Below, piece after piece: positions 59,701 to 64,000 of a DNA stretch of 64,000 bases (positions are counted from its first letter, which is position 1; each line of letters opens with the position of its first letter). The position numbers and the translations under genes were made by a program. The stretch spans positions 2,611 through 66,610 of the forward strand of contig DAIUCL010000001.1 of assembly GCA_036846185.1 (NCBI GenBank). Reading direction: 5' to 3'. The notes under the pieces were generated by a model. The model was not told where the DNA came from. It saw nothing but the letters and a program-made list of their open reading frames with translations, and made no database searches. The stretch comes from Chitinophagaceae bacterium (GTDB lineage Bacteria; Bacteroidota; Bacteroidia; Chitinophagales; Chitinophagaceae).

Positions 59701-59919
59701 TCCGGCATCGGTGTAGGTGAGGCAGAGAATATTTTCGGGCATGTAGTCTGCTTCGAGAAGTATTTTGCCAATACGAGCGGATAAGATTTGGGTTTTGCCT
59801 GTACCGGGGCCTGCCAGTACTAATACCGGCCCATAGATTTGGTCTACGGCATTTTTTTGATCTTCATTGAGTGCTTGGTATATTTTATCGTATTGCTGGA
59901 GTAAGGTTTCTCTGTTCAT
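56710..59919 (-). CDS. UvrD/Rep-family helicase fused to a PD-(D/E)XK (Cas4/AddB-type, Cys-cluster) nuclease domain
   Basis: 1069 aa. Helicase motifs are Walker A AGPGTGKTQ, DEFQDTS and GDDDQSIYRFQGA. The C-terminal nuclease block is GKLDKIV...VVDYKTG. One upstream Cys (LACPVSF) and CGKDDCKWC sit at the end, as in Fe-S-containing AddB/Cas4 nucleases. Confidence 0.9.
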   Translation of the reverse strand: MNRETLLQQYDKIYQALNEDQKNAVDQIYGPVLVLAGPGTGKTQILSARIGKILLEADYMPENILCLTYTDAGRVAMRSRLLDMIGADAYRVAIHTFHSFCSKVIQDNVMHFNKASMEPVSDIEKVEIIREIIDEFEPNNPLKRYKSSAYFDLVKLQNLYATMKKEGWTVSYLIEAIDRYEISLPERPGFTAKRKHTAKDGKVYNAGDARTDKIEAEINRMLSIRAAIKTFDKFDEKMQARGLYDFDDMINWVNQLFASNSDVLANYQEQFQFVLVDEFQDTSGAQNNLLDHLISGDSTPNIFAVGDDDQSIYRFQGANVENILSFKKQYADTLTQIVLQKNYRSTQIILDASAAVIENNTQRLCNTDPKLNKNIIAANTQRLQIQIAPQLRCYKNPFQEMASITQEIYQLIHTHQIPANEIAVIYTHNAIGKEMMQFLKSKHIPFYAKNTENLFELTLSRKLLTILQYIVAETTMPYSGDSLLFEILHFDIYQIPANAIAIASIRANEYNYKQKSKSASFRSFINYTSQQNQQTLFDQPIHPNIHELNLLLEKWISDSYNLSVLQLINNILHEGRFVLHALNTEDKLWNLDILRAFMDFAKEEMHRKPNHTIQTFLQVIEVMENQRISIPLHRSYGNENGVNLLTAHGSKGLEFRYVFLIQTHTKQWEENKPSANNNYFLPDTVWKGHLQVADELLTLEEKRRLFFVAMTRAMEHLNISWAENDMNSKKNTPSKFIAEITEKIQLEKQQISLSPELVEAYLPVYIHKDKKPVLEPFDHDMLDTIISRFEMSVTALNNFLACPVSFYYNNLLRVPASQSEYLVYGTSIHFALERLFVRREENNKQFPSLEVFVKDFEWKMYHNREVFSKENYTRYLEFGQKILPQFYQVYLPQWENVELISVEKNFNNIFIDGIPIKGKLDKIVHDFSNITVVDYKTGNLKNNMAKLKPPTAAEPNGGDYWRQAVFYKILAESDRGKNYRVLHTTFQSVEPSDDYKFNKYTVVPTDEDVAIVKKQIKETWHRIQSKDFYTGCGKDDCKWCNFIKDNHHYIDLKEADPNIEPDNSSDTQP

Positions 59920-59957
59920 ATTGTAAGTGAATGGCTTGAGTGAAAGTGTATTTTTTA

Positions 59958-59965
59958 CAAATGTA
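59958..59965 (-). promoter_or_regulatory. Bacteroidota -7 box upstream of the helicase-nuclease gene
   Basis: The plus strand CAAATGTA is TACATTTG on the minus strand, 38 nt from the start at 59919. Confidence 0.45.
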
Positions 59966-60043
59966 TTCTATAGTAACGTAAGGAGTGTACGTAGTAAGAA
60001 ATAGCTTACATGAAAAGATTGAGAGATAGAGTAAGAACAGGCT

Positions 60044-60169
60044 GATGATATGGACTAAGACGATGAAAACTAGCCGAGATCGCAGCGGTATCCTCTGCCA
60101 CCCTTGAAGGTGGCAGAGATACAAGCGTAGAGCTCGAAGTAGATGAATAGAGCGATAGGGATGAGCTCC
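60044..60169 (-). repeat. Family A repeat, copy A5
   Basis: Its reverse complement is almost identical to A3 across the core, including GGATACCGCTGCGATCTCGGCTAGTTTTCATCG. Lies in the divergent gap between the helicase-nuclease gene and the hypothetical gene. Confidence 0.9.
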
Positions 60170-60227
60170 AAAAAATTTGTATGGCGGGGTACATTAAATC
60201 TTTGTGAGGGAGTTTGTAAAGGCTTAC

Positions 60228-60235
60228 TACATTTG
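60228..60235 (+). promoter_or_regulatory. Bacteroidota -7 box upstream of the hypothetical gene at 60246
   Basis: TACATTTG lies 10 nt before the ATG at 60246. Confidence 0.45.
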
Positions 60236-60245
60236 CAATTCGAAG

Positions 60246-61322
60246 ATGAAAGAAGTACTATTTTTTGAAAAGGGACATGGCAAAGCTTTTTGGTTGATGT
60301 TATTGCTATTACATTGGGGATTGGTGATTCATGCATCTGAAGTTGATAGTATTCGCCTCAGCAATGGGGATATAAAAGGAGCCACTTTTCGAGTAATGGA
60401 TCATCGGTCTTTGCCTGTCGAGTTTGCCCGAATCAAAAAAAATTATGGGGAGGAGTGGCAACGATTGTATCTACGCCATGGGTTTGTTGATGAAATGGAG
60501 TTGTATCTGAATGAAACGGCAAGGGACTTGAGCATGGGTGGTGAATGGCTGATGAAAATAGAATCTTGCTATCTGCACGAAATCAGATTCAGAGGTAATA
60601 GTCTCCGATATGGGTCAATTTTTTGGAGGGCCTCGATTTTTAAGAAAGAGGCAAATGATCAGTTTCGTTTTATATTGTCTCAGGATACCACAATTAAGGT
60701 GACAGCCTACATCTTAATAGATAGTATGCTCAAAGAATTCAAATCGATGCTTAGGCATGAGCTGGGTGTAGCTAAATTTCGGCAGAGTAAAGATGCCTTG
60801 TACAACCTTGCAGATTTAGCGAAATCTACTACTGGAAGTGTGAAGCTGCCAGATGCATTTTCTGAGGGAATCAAAGATGGCATTTTTTATACCTGGGAGC
60901 AAGTAGTGGAGAATAAACCGGAGTTGAGTGAATATGACATTACGGGTATCAAAGGTCTTGGGAATTTGATATTGGTAGATTCTGCTGCGAAGAGAACTAA
61001 GAAACTTCCTTTATTCAGTTTTTATGCTTTTTATAAGCAGGGAATATTGTATAAGTGTTCTCGATTTGGCGCATTTAAATTGTTGCGAATTGGTGATGGG
61101 TACTATTACAAGGGATTTAGTGAGGAGCATTTTACATTTAAACCTCAGAAGAAAGATACCAATAGGCGAACAGATAAAGGAGGTATCGTTCTCAGTAAAG
61201 ATGATATTGACAGCCAACAATATCTGTTCAAATTAGACCCTCTTACCGGAAAGTCACTGGTTGTATGCCACATGAGTACGGAGGATAATCTTACCGATAT
61301 ACTGTTGCTATTGCAACCATAA
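60246..61322 (+). CDS. Hypothetical secreted/membrane-anchored protein
   Basis: ORF 60204-61322. The ATG at 60246 (MKEVLFFEKGHGKAFWLMLLLLHWGLVIHA) lies 11 nt after TACATTTG at 60228-60235. No recognisable domain. Confidence 0.55.
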   Translation: MKEVLFFEKGHGKAFWLMLLLLHWGLVIHASEVDSIRLSNGDIKGATFRVMDHRSLPVEFARIKKNYGEEWQRLYLRHGFVDEMELYLNETARDLSMGGEWLMKIESCYLHEIRFRGNSLRYGSIFWRASIFKKEANDQFRFILSQDTTIKVTAYILIDSMLKEFKSMLRHELGVAKFRQSKDALYNLADLAKSTTGSVKLPDAFSEGIKDGIFYTWEQVVENKPELSEYDITGIKGLGNLILVDSAAKRTKKLPLFSFYAFYKQGILYKCSRFGAFKLLRIGDGYYYKGFSEEHFTFKPQKKDTNRRTDKGGIVLSKDDIDSQQYLFKLDPLTGKSLVVCHMSTEDNLTDILLLLQP

Positions 61323-61390
61323 AAATTGTTATGCTACATTTAGCTATTTTTATTAGCTTTGAATAATCATTCATTGTAGTATTTTATTCT

Positions 61391-61936
61391 GTGTTGAGAC
61401 AAAGATTTGCGAGCATATTAGTATTTGGCTTTCTGTTGATACCACTATTGGGTACCTATGCGTTGCTGTTGAAACAGAAAAAAGACATCAAAAGGGAGGT
61501 TAAGAGAACTATTTTGAGAGGTATAGATAAGACTGAACTCGTATTCTTTTCATTCTCCTCTTCGGAGATAAGAAACAAACTTTATTGGGAGCATGCAAAA
61601 GAATTTGAATATGGTGGCGAAATGTATGATGTTGTTGAATCAAAATGTATAGGCGATAGTACTTATTTCTGGTGCTGGCACGACCATGAGGAGACAGCAC
61701 TCAATATAAAAGCGAATGACATAGTAAAACAAATCTTAGGTAAGCATCCAGGACAAAAAGAAGCAAGAGATAGGTTGAGTAAATATTGGGACACCCTATT
61801 TTTTTCATCTGCATTTCAATACCATTTTGGTGGCAATGCTGAGCAGTCGAGTTATTATTCTAATTGGATATTTTTATATTCATTCCATCTCAATTCCTCA
61901 TTATGTCCACCTCCCGAAAGGAATCTATTATCTTGA
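61391..61936 (+). CDS. Hypothetical membrane-anchored protein
   Basis: 181 aa with a GTG start. Has an N-terminal TM helix (ILVFGFLLIPLLGTYALLL) and a block LYWEHAKEFEYGGEMYDVV...CWHDHEET. I believe I have seen similar proteins next to Bacteroidota TonB receptors, but cannot name a family. Confidence 0.5.
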   Translation: MLRQRFASILVFGFLLIPLLGTYALLLKQKKDIKREVKRTILRGIDKTELVFFSFSSSEIRNKLYWEHAKEFEYGGEMYDVVESKCIGDSTYFWCWHDHEETALNIKANDIVKQILGKHPGQKEARDRLSKYWDTLFFSSAFQYHFGGNAEQSSYYSNWIFLYSFHLNSSLCPPPERNLLS

Positions 61937-61998
61937 TGTATCTAGACTCTATTGAAACAACGTCAATGGGGTGTTTTCTATTTTTCTAATTTTCAGGT

Positions 61999-64000
61999 AT
62001 GAAATTCATTGTAAGGTGCTTCCTATGGAGCCTTTATAGCATTTGTGCTAATGCTCAAACAATAGTAATAAAAGACAAAAAAACGAATGAACCGATCGTA
62101 TCCGCAAGTATACTCATAGCTGATATAGACTCTGCTATTCGAACTAATCTAAAAGGTATGGCAAGCATAGCACATCTAGATCAAGAGCGACGAATTCGAA
62201 TAAAGCATTGGCTTTACAGCGATATAGAATTGTCTTATGGGGATCTCGAAAAGATGAACTTTCTTATAAAAATGGATCAGAGAGAGAAATCGCTGCAAGA
62301 AATACTTATAAACTCATCGAAGTGGGAACAAAACAGAATTTCATCGCCCTCTCGAATTGAGAGAATCAGTATGAAAGAAATGGCATTTCAGAATCCCCAA
62401 ACTTCGGCAGACCTCTTAGGCATGAGTGGCTACGCATTTATCCAAAAAAGTCAGTTGGGTGGAGGCTCACCAATGCTCAGAGGGATGGCAACCAATAGAG
62501 TATTACTAGTAATTGATGATGTAAGAATGAATACGGCTATTTTTCGTGCCGGTAATTTGCAAAGCGTCATTTCACTCGATGCCAATGCTATGGAAAGTAC
62601 AGACATTATATTTGGCCCTGGATCTGTAATGTATGGTAGCGATGCTATTGGAGGTGTTATGAAATTTAGAACCCATACCCCTCAATTGTTTTCATCGTAT
62701 GACACTCAAAAAATGAGTATCAGCGGAAATGCCATTACTCGACTATCATCAGCAAACAATGAAAAAACAGCTCATCTAGATCTAAATATTGGTTTCAAAA
62801 AATGGGCTTTGCTAAGTAGCTATACGTATAGTGATTATGGCGACCTCAGATCGGGATCCAAAGGCGGTGTTCACTATTTCTTCAGACCTCATTCTGTACT
62901 TACTATTGACAATAAGGATTATATGGTACCAAATGCTGACTCTACACTCCAAGTAGGCTCTCAATACAGCCAATTTAATATGATGCATAAATTTAGGTAT
63001 CAAGCGAACCGATTTATCAATCTGGATTATGCGTTTCATTTTTCTGAAACATCTCCTTTTAATAGATATGACAGACTCTATATTATGCAAACCAGCGGCC
63101 CCTACAAAAACAAACTTCGCTGGGCGGAATGGTACTACGGTCCTCAAAAATGGCAAATGCATAGAGCAAGTATTGAAAATACTCGCTCTCATAAACTTTT
63201 TGATCAAATAAAATGGGTAAATGCGTATCAATTTTTTGAAGAAAGCCGATTTGATAGAGAATTTATGTTTCGGGAATTGCGCATGCAAAAAGAAAATGTA
63301 CATGCATTATCAAGCAACGTAGATGCTGAGAAAAAGATTAATGAAAAAATCTCTATTCAATATGGGGCTGAGATGATATACAATAAGGTACAGTCTATAG
63401 CTTCACTCACTCATGTCATCAGCAAGGAAGTAGAACCAACCGTAACTCGATACCCCGACGGTGCAAACTGGCAGTCATACGGAGCTTATGTAAGTAGCTC
63501 TGCATTATTGAATCCGAAATGGAAACTCAATGCAAGTATTCGATACAACCAATTTCTTATTCATAGTGTATTTGATACTACTTATTTCCCATTTCCATTT
63601 ACTAAATCTACCATGAACCACGGTGCACTATGTGGTAGTATAGGTAGTATCTATGACATAGATCCTTCGTGGCAATTATATGCCAATGCCTCTACAGGAT
63701 TTAGGGCACCTAACATAGATGATATGGGAAAAGTATTCGAATCGGTACCCGGCTATCTAGTAGTACCGAATCCAGGCCTGAGACCGGAATACGTATACAA
63801 TTTCGAAGCCGGCACACTCAAAACCTTTGGCAATTCCTTAAAATTTGATTTTACAGCGTATTATACTTGGATGACTGATGCAATGGTACGGCGAAATTTT
63901 ACATTGAACGGCGATACTACTATTCGATTTTTGGGAAATAAAAGTACCATTCAAGCTGTACAAAACGTAACAAATATTCAAGTATACGGATTTCAGACTG
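61999..64000 (+). CDS. TonB-dependent receptor, C-terminus cut by window edge
   Basis: Absent from the ORF track because it has no in-window stop. Translation from the ATG at 61999 gives MKFIVRCFLWSLYSICANAQTIVIKDKKTNEPI (CarboxypepD_reg-like). The plug block is GGGSPMLRGMATNRVLLVIDDVRMN...IIFGPGSVMYGSDAIGGVM, and the barrel block is FRAPNIDDMGK. The frame was checked at 63712. Confidence 0.88.
   Translation, partial: MKFIVRCFLWSLYSICANAQTIVIKDKKTNEPIVSASILIADIDSAIRTNLKGMASIAHLDQERRIRIKHWLYSDIELSYGDLEKMNFLIKMDQREKSLQEILINSSKWEQNRISSPSRIERISMKEMAFQNPQTSADLLGMSGYAFIQKSQLGGGSPMLRGMATNRVLLVIDDVRMNTAIFRAGNLQSVISLDANAMESTDIIFGPGSVMYGSDAIGGVMKFRTHTPQLFSSYDTQKMSISGNAITRLSSANNEKTAHLDLNIGFKKWALLSSYTYSDYGDLRSGSKGGVHYFFRPHSVLTIDNKDYMVPNADSTLQVGSQYSQFNMMHKFRYQANRFINLDYAFHFSETSPFNRYDRLYIMQTSGPYKNKLRWAEWYYGPQKWQMHRASIENTRSHKLFDQIKWVNAYQFFEESRFDREFMFRELRMQKENVHALSSNVDAEKKINEKISIQYGAEMIYNKVQSIASLTHVISKEVEPTVTRYPDGANWQSYGAYVSSSALLNPKWKLNASIRYNQFLIHSVFDTTYFPFPFTKSTMNHGALCGSIGSIYDIDPSWQLYANASTGFRAPNIDDMGKVFESVPGYLVVPNPGLRPEYVYNFEAGTLKTFGNSLKFDFTAYYTWMTDAMVRRNFTLNGDTTIRFLGNKSTIQAVQNVTNIQVYGFQT

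Noticed and set aside
9071-60169. Whether the recurring ~125-nt and ~145-nt repeats could be a CRISPR array or other tandem array.
   Set aside because: Copies are kilobases apart, in both orientations, and each sits in a different intergenic gap. There is no regular repeat-spacer periodicity and no cas genes.
60006-60336. Track ORFs 60006-60194(-) and 60070-60336(-), and 11093-11284(-), 39469-39741(-) and 39669-39890(-).
   Set aside because: They overlap family A repeat copies and/or real gene ends. They have no start context, and the repeat family does not conserve a reading frame.
56710-61936. The helicase-nuclease plus two hypothetical genes as a defence system.
   Set aside because: The genes are divergently transcribed. 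The helicase-nuclease looks like a conserved AddA/AdnB-type repair enzyme, and the hypothetical genes are co-oriented with a TonB receptor instead. No other defence hallmarks are present (methyltransferase, toxin domains, Sir2/TIR, mobile-element context).

Overview
This window reads as ordinary chromosomal core of a Bacteroidota (Bacteroidetes) genome, moderately AT-rich by eye. I call 53 densely packed protein-coding genes. They include dnaA, pyrH, grpE-dnaJ, accD, lysA, ilvE, ppa, rnhB, rdgB, rlmD and comM. There is also a heavy load of envelope proteins: three TonB-dependent receptors, two M1 peptidases, PorP/SprF, T9SS-sorted proteins and three TlpA-like thiol-disulfide oxidoreductases. 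The phylum call rests on T9SS C-terminal sorting domains, PorP/SprF, and TAnnTTTG -7 promoter boxes in front of many genes. I see no rRNA, tRNA, CRISPR array, integrase, transposase, prophage or recognisable defence island. Two genes at the window edges (1-2675 minus, 61999-64000 plus) are missing from the supplied ORF track because they run off the window. What the gene list does not explain is the intergenic DNA. Most gaps longer than about 200 bp hold one of two families of structured interspersed repeats: family A (~125 nt, 10 copies) and GC-rich family B (~145 nt, 4 full copies plus degenerate pieces). Their stems differ between copies yet stay complementary, while their loops and termini are conserved. 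No candidate mobilising enzyme is present in the window. This is my best candidate for something undescribed here, but it may simply be a REP/MITE-like selfish element. The protein-level oddities are modest: a DUF3127-like protein with an SSB-like DDLPF tail, two unassignable proteins ahead of a TonB receptor, and a HmuY-like T9SS protein paired with a receptor.
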